A stretch of DNA of 64,000 nucleotides from Candidatus Poseidoniales archaeon (lineage in GTDB: Archaea > Thermoplasmatota > Poseidoniia > Poseidoniales > Poseidoniaceae), in assembly GCA_038105035.1 (NCBI GenBank), contig JAYOBT010000003.1, positions 4,379 to 68,378 of the forward strand. The letters run 5' to 3'. How positions within the stretch are numbered: position 1 is the first letter of the stretch; every line of letters begins with the position of its first letter. The notes under the pieces are model-generated. The model made no database searches. It was not told the DNA's origin and saw nothing but the letters and a program-made list of their open reading frames with translations. The position numbers were made by a program, and so were the translations under genes. Shown here piece after piece: positions 19,801-29,170 of this stretch.

Positions 19801-20114
19801 GGGATGATGCATCGCATGTCAGCCTCGTTCTCGATATGCAGGACACGCCCCATCTACTCTCCAAAGGTCTTGCCCGTGATATCACGCGAAGAATTCAATC
19901 AAAACGCAAGGATATGGACTTGGAGATTGAAGCCATGATTGATGTTGAAGTATGGATGAAAGGTGCTCCTGAACTGTTCGAAGACGATCAATCATGGATT
20001 GCCAAAGAAACGCGGGCTTCAGGCATTGCCTTCAGTGAAGAACAACCACCTGCTGAGGTGGAGTCCTTCGATGTTGATGGTGCTGAAGTCTCCTATCGTG
20101 TAAAGAAGGTTTGA
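16839..20114 (+). CDS. ileS: Isoleucyl-tRNA synthetase.
   Basis: Class-I aaRS signatures: PTANGKPGIHHV (HIGH-type region) and KMSKSRGN (KMSKS). 1091 aa with the archaeal/eukaryotic-type C-terminal extension. ATG at 16839. Confidence 0.96.
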   Translation: MVRPNPAGELDAVALETALLESWKNEQTFQQSIDSNRTGAPFIFLEGPPTANGKPGIHHVVARAYKDLVCRWKTMEGFLVERKGGWDTHGLPVEIEVQKRLDLMSNEAIEEFGMQAFNDACRESVWTYESAWREMTERMAYWVDLDNPYVTLHNDYVESCWWALKQMFDKDLLYRGHKVLPYCPQTGTSYSSHEVALGYKEVEEPSVYVKFKLVDDSASILAWTTTPWTLPGNVGLAVGPDVTYARCRVREEPEGWQGRGGASVGEELILAKDLMGEVLRHHVDIIEEIPGSSLVGKSYEPLFPDAVPRGDSTTAWTVLSADWVTTTDGTGVVHTAVMYGEDDYNLGMEVGLPAYHTVNMEGNFVDGVHPELDGRYVKSCDESVMDILVGQSDSIDSGLLYREKSYLHDYPHCWRTDHPLLYYAMDSWFVRMTAVKERLLEFNDGVEWAPDWVGEGRFGEWLRNVKDWAISRERYWGTPLPVWRDEDGNMKCIGSIAELQAEVAKANAAGFENPECPDDVDLHRPVVDAFTLVSDDGKPMHREPFVMDCWFDSGCAPFAQWHHPFDENKTFDASFPVDYICEGVDQTRGWFYTLLAVSTTVFDSPAYKRCLSLGLILDAEGKKMSKSRGNIVDPWDHFNREGADATRWYMVTAGAPWNPLKFDSNGVRETYAKMFLTLWNVYRFHADYAALDAFDPASSASTYENRSRLDRWILSKLHTTAKAYHEGFTNWNFHKACRELEDFIVNDLSNWYVRRSRRRLWDEAESGDKLACQHTLHELLVTLCRLIAPVSPFMVDTIHRNLTGETVHTAAWPLGTPGSTEGATADAWDEDLVAATEQLPPHNAGLEHEMALVRELAETGRRIRIDAQRRQRLPCAEGWIVAGPNLEAYHDLLCEELNVESISVETDLDRFQQVELGVNFRALAPRAKGDVNAIAGQIKNHSDQDALLADIRNGSCTIMGVDILESDVEVRRAEREGYAAATITVGEGDDASHVSLVLDMQDTPHLLSKGLARDITRRIQSKRKDMDLEIEAMIDVEVWMKGAPELFEDDQSWIAKETRASGIAFSEEQPPAEVESFDVDGAEVSYRVKKV

Positions 20115-20123
20115 GGTAGAAAC

Positions 20124-20888
20124 ATGCGGGTGATTTCGCTCGTTCCTAGCCTTACTTTGACACTTGCTGAATTGGGTCTCGACAGGTCACAACTTGTCGG
20201 TCGAACACCGTGGTGCATCCATCCTGAATCCTTTGTTCAAGATGTTCCAATCGTTGGTGGAACAAAAACACCCTCTCTCGCTAAAATACGCAATGCTAGA
20301 CCAGATCTTGTCGTTTTGGATCGAGAAGAGAATCCAAAGGAGTTCTATGATGCGTTAATTGAACTGGGTATTGAGGTCTATGTGAGCACGGTTGAGCATC
20401 CAAATGAGGTTCCTGAAATGCTTATTGAATTAGGACAATTATTGAACCTCGAGACAAAAGCCGTGCAACTTGCTCAAGAGATTCGCGCTGAACTTTCTTC
20501 AGATTTCGATTCAGGTCCAACCATTTTGCCAATGATTTGGCATGACCCATTGATGGCGGTTGCGCCAACGAAGTATGCTGGAGCTTTGCTCGAATGTTGT
20601 GGATTCAAGGTCCCAAATCTCGAGCCAAACGGGAACGGTTACCCCGTTGTCACGCCTGAAGCCATCCAATCGCACGGCGTTGAAGGCTTGTTGTTGTCGA
20701 GTGAACCGCACGAGTTTTCCAAACAAGAAGGCGAGGTGATATGCGATGCTGTTGAAGCGTTGGGTGGACCAAGACCGTGGACACGATGCATCGATGGTGA
20801 GGCTTTGACATGGTTTGGTAGCCATACATTGCTCGGACTTCGGACCTTCAACGCCCTTTGCAAGGATTTGAAAACAGCCGACGAGTAG
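20124..20888 (+). CDS. Periplasmic-binding-protein-like (BtuF/TroA-type 'helical backbone metal receptor' fold) protein without a detectable signal peptide.
   Basis: MRVISLVPSLTLTLAELGLD resembles the N-terminal strand and helix of BtuF/FhuD-class binding proteins. There is no hydrophobic leader and no lipobox. It lies 9 nt after ileS. Confidence 0.5.
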   Translation: MRVISLVPSLTLTLAELGLDRSQLVGRTPWCIHPESFVQDVPIVGGTKTPSLAKIRNARPDLVVLDREENPKEFYDALIELGIEVYVSTVEHPNEVPEMLIELGQLLNLETKAVQLAQEIRAELSSDFDSGPTILPMIWHDPLMAVAPTKYAGALLECCGFKVPNLEPNGNGYPVVTPEAIQSHGVEGLLLSSEPHEFSKQEGEVICDAVEALGGPRPWTRCIDGEALTWFGSHTLLGLRTFNALCKDLKTADE

Positions 20889-20895
20889 GCTTGTC

Positions 20896-22299
20896 ATGCG
20901 CAGAGTCATTCTCGCCATGATGCTGGTCAGTAGCATGGTCCTTGCAGGTTGTTTCGGTGACGGTGAAGCCATCGTTGAAACCGAGGAAATCAAGCCAGTG
21001 TGGGACGACTATGTCCTCATCGATGAGCAAACACACGAGATGCCGCGTGAGTTCATGACCCTCGATTTACGAACAAACGAAACCACAAACATGACCTGGG
21101 CGGTCTTTGATGAATCGAAAGGGGGCAACTGCTGTGAGCATTACATCGCCACAACCATACAAGGTTCCATCCTGAACATAGGCGGAGAATACCCAGTATG
21201 GTCGGTCGACCGGGGCCACGAATGGGACACATGGATTCCAGGAGTCACGCCTGATCTTCAATGCAGAACGTTCGTGCCCACAAATCCAGGAACGGAAGGT
21301 CTCGGAGAGGGAAGCATTGTTCAAGCGACCAATGGTGACATCATTTCCATGTCCTGGTTCCCGTACGTCGGCGGCGATCTCAAACTCGACAAATTCTACG
21401 CCATTCTCTACGACGATTCCGAGATGGAGTGGAAATGGTGCTACAACAGAATTACAGAACCGTTCTACGACAGAAGCTGGCAAGTCGAAGTGGTTGGTCC
21501 AATCTCATCGAGTATCGGAAATGGAGAATGGGCGTCGCTTGTCATTTCCAATTTCTGGCATCAAACGCAGAATGCTGGGGGGCAAATATCCGTTGATGGT
21601 CTGAATTACTATCCCATTCAATTCCCAGGTCGATCATCGTCACAACCGGATATTGAAGTCGATTTTGACTTCACCAACGCCTCACTTGATTTCTATTGGG
21701 ATGTAAATAAACCGCACAAAGAAATGCGTGCTTTCGCTGTCCCGAGTGGTGGACTGCTCTTCCCGCAATACTTTGACAACGGAAACGCAGCTTTCCTCGA
21801 CACAACGCTATCCTGGAACGAAGTGTCCACGCAATTCCCAAGCGAATACTGTCAGATTGACATGACTGGCACCATCCATTGTGTTGCCAACGCAGGTACA
21901 ACGTTCACGCATTACACCTCACAAGACGGTGCACTTTCATGGGACAACTACACCTATGACCTTGGCAATGAGGCTTCAAGCATCGAGGAATGGGAATTCC
22001 AAGCGAATGGCGAGCACGACCTCTTTGTGTTGAACGTTCGATACCAATCCAGTGAAGGTCCAGATGTTGATGTTCTGTTCCACACTCGAGGTTACAGTGA
22101 AGATCTCAGCCCAGACACCATGACGTACATTGGTCAAGGTGATCTTGATTCGACATCGGGTGCTGGAAACGACATTCGATTCGACTTCGCAAGTTTGGCG
22201 ATTCTTCGAGATGGTGGTGTCGTCGTCGCCTACCATGATTCAACGCACGTAGACCCATTGTTTGCTGTAGAATTGAACATGCCAGATTACCAAGAATAG
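20896..22299 (+). CDS. Lipoprotein with BNR/Asp-box (S-x-D-x-G-x-x-W) motifs, probably a beta-propeller glycosidase/sialidase-like or binding protein.
   Basis: MRRVILAMMLVSSMVLAGCFGDG is a lipobox with an RR. Asp-box-like SVDRGHEW and SQDGALSW. Rich in W/Y/N, typical of carbohydrate-active propellers. Confidence 0.5.
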   Translation: MRRVILAMMLVSSMVLAGCFGDGEAIVETEEIKPVWDDYVLIDEQTHEMPREFMTLDLRTNETTNMTWAVFDESKGGNCCEHYIATTIQGSILNIGGEYPVWSVDRGHEWDTWIPGVTPDLQCRTFVPTNPGTEGLGEGSIVQATNGDIISMSWFPYVGGDLKLDKFYAILYDDSEMEWKWCYNRITEPFYDRSWQVEVVGPISSSIGNGEWASLVISNFWHQTQNAGGQISVDGLNYYPIQFPGRSSSQPDIEVDFDFTNASLDFYWDVNKPHKEMRAFAVPSGGLLFPQYFDNGNAAFLDTTLSWNEVSTQFPSEYCQIDMTGTIHCVANAGTTFTHYTSQDGALSWDNYTYDLGNEASSIEEWEFQANGEHDLFVLNVRYQSSEGPDVDVLFHTRGYSEDLSPDTMTYIGQGDLDSTSGAGNDIRFDFASLAILRDGGVVVAYHDSTHVDPLFAVELNMPDYQE

Positions 22300-22349
22300 C
22301 GTCGAGGCGAGGGTTATCCTCAAAAGCCCTTGACAAACCATGTTGCTTG

Positions 22350-24341
22350 ATGGTGCTTAGCAATCTGCCTGGAATTGGCGAACGATTGATGAAACGTTTG
22401 GACAACCACTTCGGCGGTCGTCATGAGTTGATCAAGACGCTCGAATCGGGCGACATATCTCGGATAGCCGAAGTCGAAGGCATATCGATCAAACGAGCCC
22501 TGTCCCTTGCCCGTGAATACAATGGTGCAGAGACATCGTTTCTTGCGACCCCTGAAGCGGAGAAATTGCATGCACAACTCGTCGCTTCGCTTCAGAAATT
22601 TTCGTCCAATACTGCTAGTTCGTCCAGAATGCAGATGTTGATGCCACTCCATCAAATTGAGGAGCGACGCATTCGTTGCCAACTGATGTTGGATTTTGCA
22701 AAGGAAGCGCCTGATGCCTTTGCTCATCTTCGCACCCTGCTCAAGGACTTGAGTTACACTCGACGTCCAACCCAACGATATGAGAGAGTGATCGTCAGCC
22801 AACAGGAACACGCAGAGTGGGCTTCTTACGTCCGTATCCTCACACCGAGTGCTCAAGAGACATGGAAGGATTACACCGTCTTCAAATCCGTGACCTGGGT
22901 TGGTCGCCATGGACCTGAAGAGTTACCTCCTGGTTGGCTGGTGCTTCCTGAAACAGGACGAACCGACGTGATGGTGCCTGAATTTACACTTGATTGGTTC
23001 ACCAACAATCGAAAAGCATTGAAGGTTCTTCTCGACCTGATGCAATGGAAAAACGAAGGAAATGGAGACATTCATGCAACTCTCAAGACCATCTTTTCTG
23101 AAACAGACGGGCTTGAACAACTGGCCAGTGTATTTGCGATGATGAGTGATTCTGGTGACGTCGAAGCGATGGAAGAAATCCGTGATGGGCTTTGGAACAT
23201 GGCCAAACGAATGGAGGAAGACCTCAACCAGCGTATTTCAGCAGGAATGGAAACCGCTTCACTGGATTTATCAGGCTCGGATATGCTTGAAGCGTTGGCC
23301 GATGCTGCAACATTCCAACGAAAACTTGCATCAGCCACCGAAGATGTCATCGCCGATATCCTCGAACAAGGGCGGAACGAATTTTCAGCCTACTTGGAAT
23401 CCAGTGGGCTACAAGCACCGTTCGATCTCTACGCCTCAAATTGGCCCGTCAAGCTCAACCGCTCTGTTCTTGACAAAATCAACGACGAACTTGAGCGCCG
23501 AATCAACGATAGCAGGAACGACCATTTGCTTCGTCTTGCAACCAAACTTGCCGACCTCAAACCCAAGTGCGAGACAGCAATCCAAAGGCTCGTTGAGCAT
23601 GATATGTGGTACAGCATTGCTTCTTGGGCCATGCATCACAAAGCACAGCTTCCTGAGTTGGTGCATCATGGGATTTGGTTCGAAGATGGGCGACATCTCT
23701 TCATCGAGGGGGATGTACAACCCGTGAATTACGGTCTCGGGAGTGCGGCGCCAAAAGGTGATCAACAACCTATTGCGCTCCTTACTGGTGCAAACAGCGG
23801 TGGGAAAACAACACTCTTGGAATTGGTCGCCCACATAACGATTCTTGCTCACATGGGGCTCCCTGTCCCCGCAATGAATGCCTTTGTTGGTCGTGTTGAA
23901 GCACTACACGTGCTCGCTAAATCAAGCGGAACGCAAAGTGCGGGTGCGCTCGAAACCACGTTGGTTGACCTTGCCAATGTTGTCAGCAACGATCAACCAA
24001 AACTCATCCTAGCAGATGAACTTGAAGCCATCACTGAACCTGGTGCAGGAGCACGAATTATTGCCGGAATGTTGCGGGCTGCACAACAGCAATCCGATTC
24101 GAGCATGGTGCTTGTCACGCATCTCGCACCGGCAATCCTTGAAGCATACGGGAACGATGATTTGCGCATCGATGGAATTGAAGCCAACGGTCTTGATGAG
24201 CACCTCGAGTTGATGGTCGATCGTACTCCGAAGCGTAATTGCCTCGCACGATCAACACCAGAATTGATTGTTCGCCGACTGGTTGAACGATCTTCAGGTG
24301 ACGCAAAGAACGTGTTCAGTGACATTTTGTCGTTGTTCTGA
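22350..24341 (+). CDS. MutS-family ATPase (domain V) with an N-terminal helix-hairpin-helix region. This is an archaeal MutS2-like protein lacking an Smr domain.
   Basis: Walker A GANSGGKTTLLELVAHITILAHMGLPVPA. Walker B/D-E in KLILADELEAITEPGAG. N-terminus NLPGIGERLMKRL is an HhH-like GIG motif. The track start at 22347 is TTG; ATG is at 22350. Confidence 0.72.
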   Translation: MVLSNLPGIGERLMKRLDNHFGGRHELIKTLESGDISRIAEVEGISIKRALSLAREYNGAETSFLATPEAEKLHAQLVASLQKFSSNTASSSRMQMLMPLHQIEERRIRCQLMLDFAKEAPDAFAHLRTLLKDLSYTRRPTQRYERVIVSQQEHAEWASYVRILTPSAQETWKDYTVFKSVTWVGRHGPEELPPGWLVLPETGRTDVMVPEFTLDWFTNNRKALKVLLDLMQWKNEGNGDIHATLKTIFSETDGLEQLASVFAMMSDSGDVEAMEEIRDGLWNMAKRMEEDLNQRISAGMETASLDLSGSDMLEALADAATFQRKLASATEDVIADILEQGRNEFSAYLESSGLQAPFDLYASNWPVKLNRSVLDKINDELERRINDSRNDHLLRLATKLADLKPKCETAIQRLVEHDMWYSIASWAMHHKAQLPELVHHGIWFEDGRHLFIEGDVQPVNYGLGSAAPKGDQQPIALLTGANSGGKTTLLELVAHITILAHMGLPVPAMNAFVGRVEALHVLAKSSGTQSAGALETTLVDLANVVSNDQPKLILADELEAITEPGAGARIIAGMLRAAQQQSDSSMVLVTHLAPAILEAYGNDDLRIDGIEANGLDEHLELMVDRTPKRNCLARSTPELIVRRLVERSSGDAKNVFSDILSLF

Positions 24342-24343
24342 GG

Positions 24344-26143
24344 CTAGCATTGGCGTCCGCCATCTGAGGAGTAGTCAAGCATTGGTGCTTGGAAGAGATC
24401 TTCACATGATCGCTCAATCAGCGGCAAAGTCAGGGTGCTTTGCGACCAATCAATTGTCACTGCTCCAGAGGCGGCTGGTGAAGGCACGTAGTCTTCCCCA
24501 GTCTGGGTCACTTGGAGAATGATGCCTTCTCCTTCCTGAAGAACAACATCCATCGGCATGAATTCCATCATAGCGGTAACAGATGCGAACGGAACAAGCA
24601 CTTCCTGACCGTTTCGTCCCCCTGCATGATATCGAAGATCCATTACGGCATGACCGAGATGCATTCCCGTTCCATCCGTCATCTCGATGAAGAGATGACC
24701 TCCGGTCAATCCAGGGGTCGCATCGATGTGGAAGGTTGGCATTCCGATGATCCGCGTTTCTTCATCAAATGGTCCGTAACTCAGGGTGACTGAACTCGAT
24801 CCTGAAACTGTTGAGCCAGTCGGTGAAAGGTCGCTTCCTGTTAAGACAAGGTTCTCAACATCCATTGGAGGGTAGGTCTGTTCAAATCGCCATCCTCCTC
24901 GATTGTCCTGCATTTCTACACCAAGGGTTGGTGCTCGACCTTCGCCTTTGAGATACCAATCAAACCAATACAGCATTTCGTCAGCCCAATCCCAACGAAG
25001 CGTGTATGGATAGGCTTCCGCTCCACGTCCTACACCTTGCGAAGAATGTCCTTCGACTCGGTCAGGGTAATCATGAGCCCATTGTCCTGCAAGTGTCTTG
25101 ATTTCAATACCAGCATCAGCGACCTGCTGATGAACTGGGAAGGACATGTGAGGATCGACGTTCCAATCCTGCATGCCTTGAATTAGATATACAGACCCAT
25201 TGTAATTCTGAAGGACACGATCAAGGAAAGAGCGTTCCGTCCAATAGGTGTTACCAGCATAATCAACCATACCCCCGCTGAGATAAGCTGCTGGGCCGTT
25301 CACATAACCCTGAATGTAACCCTCACAAAGCGTGTGACTGTCTTCGGTATCACCATCGATTCCAAACGAGCCGTAGACACCATTGTGCATAATCATGCCA
25401 CGAGCCTCCATGCTACCGTTTCTCCACATCAATTCATGAACGCCAATCAGTCCTGACATTGGTACGATGGTTGCAAGATGTGGGTTTCCAAATGTCGCCG
25501 CTTGCCATGGTGTTGAACCATCGTAGGATTTTCCGATGATGCCAACGTTACCATTTGACCATGATTGGGTGCCAAGCCAGGTCACTGCGGCATCGATACC
25601 ACGTTGCTCATCCGTACCCATCAAGTCCATGCAATGATTTGATTCGCCCGTTCCAAACACGGAAACTTGAGCAACACCATATCCATGTGGAACGTAGTTC
25701 TCAATCAGCATGCGACCCAACCGATTGGCAGGTGTGGTGGCATCAACATCACCGTCGCTGTAATACGGCCCAATTTCGGCGATAACTGGAACTTGACAAT
25801 CCGAACTCAAATTTTCTGTTGATGAATAATCGCATCCGTCGATAACAGGCAACCACAATCCAAGGTGAACTTCTGCGCCACCTGCTGCACCTGCACCTCC
25901 ATCTGCAAGCGTAATGCTTGGAACAGAGACAAAGACAGACTGCACGGAGCCGATATCGTACGTACCATTTACGGTAACTCTAGAAAAGACGTCAGTGTTG
26001 TCGTATTCGAGATTGGAACGATCCCACGGTTCGGGATAAACTGCCTCTGATGCATCGCCTATGTTGTTTTGTAAATCCTCTCCAAAACATCCTGAAAGAA
26101 TGGATGGTAGGAGGAAAATCAACAGCATGGATATGCTTCGCAT
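24344..26143 (-). CDS. Lipoprotein peptidase of the CocE/NonD (S15 Xaa-Pro dipeptidyl-peptidase) alpha/beta-hydrolase family.
   Basis: [23 protein letters not shown] lipobox. Nucleophile elbow [11 protein letters not shown] (GxSYxG, diagnostic of S15/CocE). Confidence 0.78.
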   Translation of the reverse strand: MRSISMLLIFLLPSILSGCFGEDLQNNIGDASEAVYPEPWDRSNLEYDNTDVFSRVTVNGTYDIGSVQSVFVSVPSITLADGGAGAAGGAEVHLGLWLPVIDGCDYSSTENLSSDCQVPVIAEIGPYYSDGDVDATTPANRLGRMLIENYVPHGYGVAQVSVFGTGESNHCMDLMGTDEQRGIDAAVTWLGTQSWSNGNVGIIGKSYDGSTPWQAATFGNPHLATIVPMSGLIGVHELMWRNGSMEARGMIMHNGVYGSFGIDGDTEDSHTLCEGYIQGYVNGPAAYLSGGMVDYAGNTYWTERSFLDRVLQNYNGSVYLIQGMQDWNVDPHMSFPVHQQVADAGIEIKTLAGQWAHDYPDRVEGHSSQGVGRGAEAYPYTLRWDWADEMLYWFDWYLKGEGRAPTLGVEMQDNRGGWRFEQTYPPMDVENLVLTGSDLSPTGSTVSGSSSVTLSYGPFDEETRIIGMPTFHIDATPGLTGGHLFIEMTDGTGMHLGHAVMDLRYHAGGRNGQEVLVPFASVTAMMEFMPMDVVLQEGEGIILQVTQTGEDYVPSPAASGAVTIDWSQSTLTLPLIERSCEDLFQAPMLDYSSDGGRQC

Positions 26144-26183
26144 TGTCCTTGCGTTACAAATCCGACATAAGACGCTTTTCGCC

Positions 26184-26558
26184 TTATGCTACGTCTTCAG
26201 ATTCCCGCGCTTCGAGTTCGGCGCGAACTTCATCCATGTCCAAGACTTGGAGTTTCGTAATCAAATCCTTGAGCGCTTCTTCCGGAAGTGCGCCAGGTTG
26301 CATGAATACCCCAATTCCATCCTTGAATGCAATTGTTGTTGGGATGGAACGGATGCCAAACGAACCCGCTAGCGCTTGCTCGACTTCTGTATCGACTTTC
26401 GCAAAAACGACATCAGGGAATTCCTCAGAAACACGCTCGAAGACGGGACCATAAGCACGACATGGCCCGCACCATTCGGCCCAAAAATCGATAATCACGA
26501 GGTTGTTCTCCTCGATGATGTTGTTGAATGAGGCCTCTTGCATTTCCACGGTCGCCAT
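26184..26558 (-). CDS. trxA: Thioredoxin.
   Basis: WCGPC active site in [20 protein letters not shown]. About 110-aa Trx fold with a short acidic C-terminal tail. Confidence 0.9.
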   Translation of the reverse strand: MATVEMQEASFNNIIEENNLVIIDFWAEWCGPCRAYGPVFERVSEEFPDVVFAKVDTEVEQALAGSFGIRSIPTTIAFKDGIGVFMQPGALPEEALKDLITKLQVLDMDEVRAELEARESEDVA

Positions 26559-26650
26559 ACTAGGGGCTCTCGCTCACAGTATAAGTGCTCATGCATTTTA
26601 CCTGAGTAGCGAATCGACGGATTGATGTGCTGTCCAGTCGAGCGCGGGGC

Positions 26651-29170
26651 ATGAGCAGACTCATGACAATCGTGACCGCATTTCTGTTCCTCAGCGTTCT
26701 TGTGATTCCGCAAGGTGTTTCTGAGGAGACCGCAGATGACGGTGCTACAACACCTTCCATCATCATTTCAGAAGTTCTCGCATCGCCAAATGGGATGAAA
26801 AACAACGAAACGTGCTCGAATTGTTACAACGCAACGGATTGGAACGGTGACGGAGAATACGGAAAATTTTCGGATCAGTTCATTGAATTGCATAACCCAA
26901 CCGACCAAGCCATCAACATCTCAGATTGGGTTTTGGACGATATTGCAGACGGAGGTAGCGCTCCCTGTCAATTGGCACGCAACACGATTCTCCAGCCTGG
27001 AGAATATGTTTCAGTCTTCATCAATGCTTCCCGTATCGAATTGGATTACTACGATGGAGATACCGTGAATCTCTACGATGTCGACGGCACGTTGGTGGAT
27101 TCCTTGTCCTATCCGGACCGTGATTCATGGTACGGGAACTCCTACATTCCACTCGACAATGGGACCATTTGGAAGGTTCGACCACCTACACCGGGCTATG
27201 CTCCAGACGAATCATTCGATGTCGCCCAGAACATGATCGGTTGCTTTGGAATCAGTGACGGTGGATTTGTTGAATCCATGCTCCTCAAAGGTAGAGTCGT
27301 CACCATGAACAACGAAGCTGATGTCATCAACGAAGGTCGTGTCTTGATTCGTGACGGTAAAATTGAGGCTGTGTGGGGTGGAGACAACATTCCACAGAAC
27401 GTCGACCTTACCGATGTTCAAATCGTTGAAACAAACGGTACCATTTACCCGGGATTGATCGATTCGCACAACCACATGCATTACAACCACATTCCTTTGT
27501 GGGATTTCGAGGTCCACACCTCCGTGAAATCAGAGGAAGGCGGTTACTCAAATCGGAACCAGTGGAAGAACAATCCGAACTACAAACGGGACATTTCTTG
27601 GATGAAGACCTTCGTTCAAACCGCTTCGATGTGGAACATGGCCGATCAACAAATGAAGTACGCAGAGGTCATGGCTGTCGCTGGAGGCGTGACGGCTGTC
27701 CAGGGTTCACCCTCAAGCAACACCGACGCTTGGGACAGTATGCTCTCACGAAACATCGAATTGTACAATTTTGGTGGCGATGGCATCCACACCAAGGTGA
27801 CTACCCTTGAATCCGATTATATGGGAAGCCACATCACATCAGGTAACAACAGTGGAAGTTTGAATGCGTGGTACCTCCATCTATCCGAAGGCGTCGATGA
27901 ATCAAGCCGTGCAGAATTCGACATCCTTGTCCAAAACAACCTCTTGGTTGGCGAATTGGTCGTCGTTCATGGGACTGCGCTCACATCTGTTGAATTCCAA
28001 AAGATGGGTGAAGTTGGTGCCGACCTCGCATGGTCGCCACTGTCGAACCTCTTGTTGTACGGAGACACAACCGATGTGGTAGCTGCCGACCAGGCTGGCG
28101 TTCGAATTTCACTCGCACCTGATTGGGGGCCAAGTGGTTCGAAAAATGTTCTCCATGAAATGAAGGTCGCAGATATGTGGAATACGAACAACCTCAATTC
28201 CTACTTCTCTGATTACGACCTTGCTACCATGGTTACGAAAAACCCTGCTCTTGCCAACAACTGGGATGATTCTGTTGGGACCATCAACGCTGGACTCTAC
28301 GCTGATCTTGTCGTTCTGGACACGTTCCACCAAGACCCGTATCGGAACCTTATCGAAGCCATCGATGCAGATGTACGACTGACCATCGTCAACGGACAAC
28401 CTGTCTTTGGTGATGTTGACATCATGGCCGAACTCAAGGGTGACGATTGGGAGCTCGTCGAAGGACCTGGTTTCAACAAGGCAGTGGATGTTACGGATCG
28501 ATCGGTCACTGAAGGAACACAATCTTGGTCAAGCATTCTTGCGGACATGGAGATGGCCATGGCACTCAATTCTGAGGATATTGCTGCAACATGGTCATCG
28601 AGTACGGACAGTTATTCGTCCATGCAAAGCAACGTCTTGAACAACATCTTCACGACTGGCGATACACGTCACTTTGGCATCATTACACAATCCACTCATG
28701 CCAACACCCATATCGATTTGACACAGCTGGAGAATTACTACGAAGTTCCGATGAACAATGGTGAGCGAACTGGGGTGAACGTTGTTCTTGAACCACAAGA
28801 TAACACCGGAGGTTCAACCATCGACCCAGTGGATGAAACTCCAACCGGAGAGACAAATCAAGAAAACGAAACTACTGGTGGGACTGAAACAGGAAGAGAT
28901 TCAGAATGTCCACCAAACTGCATCCTCGGAGAAGATGTCGAAGATGCATCATCTGAAGGTTCTTCCCTCATCGGCCCTCAGTCGCTTCTGATTCTTGTAT
29001 CGTTGTTGCTGCTTGTAGCCATTGGCTTGTTGACAAGAGGAAGTGACGAGGATATGGAAATGGGTGCAGACCAAACGGTCATGATCGAAAACCAATGGCA
29101 AGATGAAACGAAACAATTCGTTCCAGAATTGCCTCCGCTCTCTGCTCCACCTTCTTCGGAAGAAGAGTGA
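26651..29170 (+). CDS. Surface-anchored metal-dependent amidohydrolase: signal peptide, lamin-tail-like (LTD) domain, amidohydrolase domain, Thr/Glu-rich linker and C-terminal TM helix.
   Basis: MSRLMTIVTAFLFLSVLVIPQG signal. LTD-like SDQFIELHNPTDQAINISDWVLDD...LQPGEYVSVF. Amidohydrolase HxH YPGLIDSHNHMHYNH. C-terminal LLILVSLLLLVAIGLLTRGSDED TM plus acidic tail. The track start at 26627 is GTG. Confidence 0.75.
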   Translation: MSRLMTIVTAFLFLSVLVIPQGVSEETADDGATTPSIIISEVLASPNGMKNNETCSNCYNATDWNGDGEYGKFSDQFIELHNPTDQAINISDWVLDDIADGGSAPCQLARNTILQPGEYVSVFINASRIELDYYDGDTVNLYDVDGTLVDSLSYPDRDSWYGNSYIPLDNGTIWKVRPPTPGYAPDESFDVAQNMIGCFGISDGGFVESMLLKGRVVTMNNEADVINEGRVLIRDGKIEAVWGGDNIPQNVDLTDVQIVETNGTIYPGLIDSHNHMHYNHIPLWDFEVHTSVKSEEGGYSNRNQWKNNPNYKRDISWMKTFVQTASMWNMADQQMKYAEVMAVAGGVTAVQGSPSSNTDAWDSMLSRNIELYNFGGDGIHTKVTTLESDYMGSHITSGNNSGSLNAWYLHLSEGVDESSRAEFDILVQNNLLVGELVVVHGTALTSVEFQKMGEVGADLAWSPLSNLLLYGDTTDVVAADQAGVRISLAPDWGPSGSKNVLHEMKVADMWNTNNLNSYFSDYDLATMVTKNPALANNWDDSVGTINAGLYADLVVLDTFHQDPYRNLIEAIDADVRLTIVNGQPVFGDVDIMAELKGDDWELVEGPGFNKAVDVTDRSVTEGTQSWSSILADMEMAMALNSEDIAATWSSSTDSYSSMQSNVLNNIFTTGDTRHFGIITQSTHANTHIDLTQLENYYEVPMNNGERTGVNVVLEPQDNTGGSTIDPVDETPTGETNQENETTGGTETGRDSECPPNCILGEDVEDASSEGSSLIGPQSLLILVSLLLLVAIGLLTRGSDEDMEMGADQTVMIENQWQDETKQFVPELPPLSAPPSSEEE

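Noticed and set aside
20896-22299. Haloarchaeal origin, suggested by LAGC lipoboxes, an RR-containing leader and acidic proteins.
   Set aside because: GC appears around 50% and proteins are only moderately acidic (TBP and IleS lack the extreme Asp enrichment of haloarchaea). Haloquadratum-like low-GC halophiles cannot be fully excluded without marker phylogeny, so the taxonomic call is left tentative.
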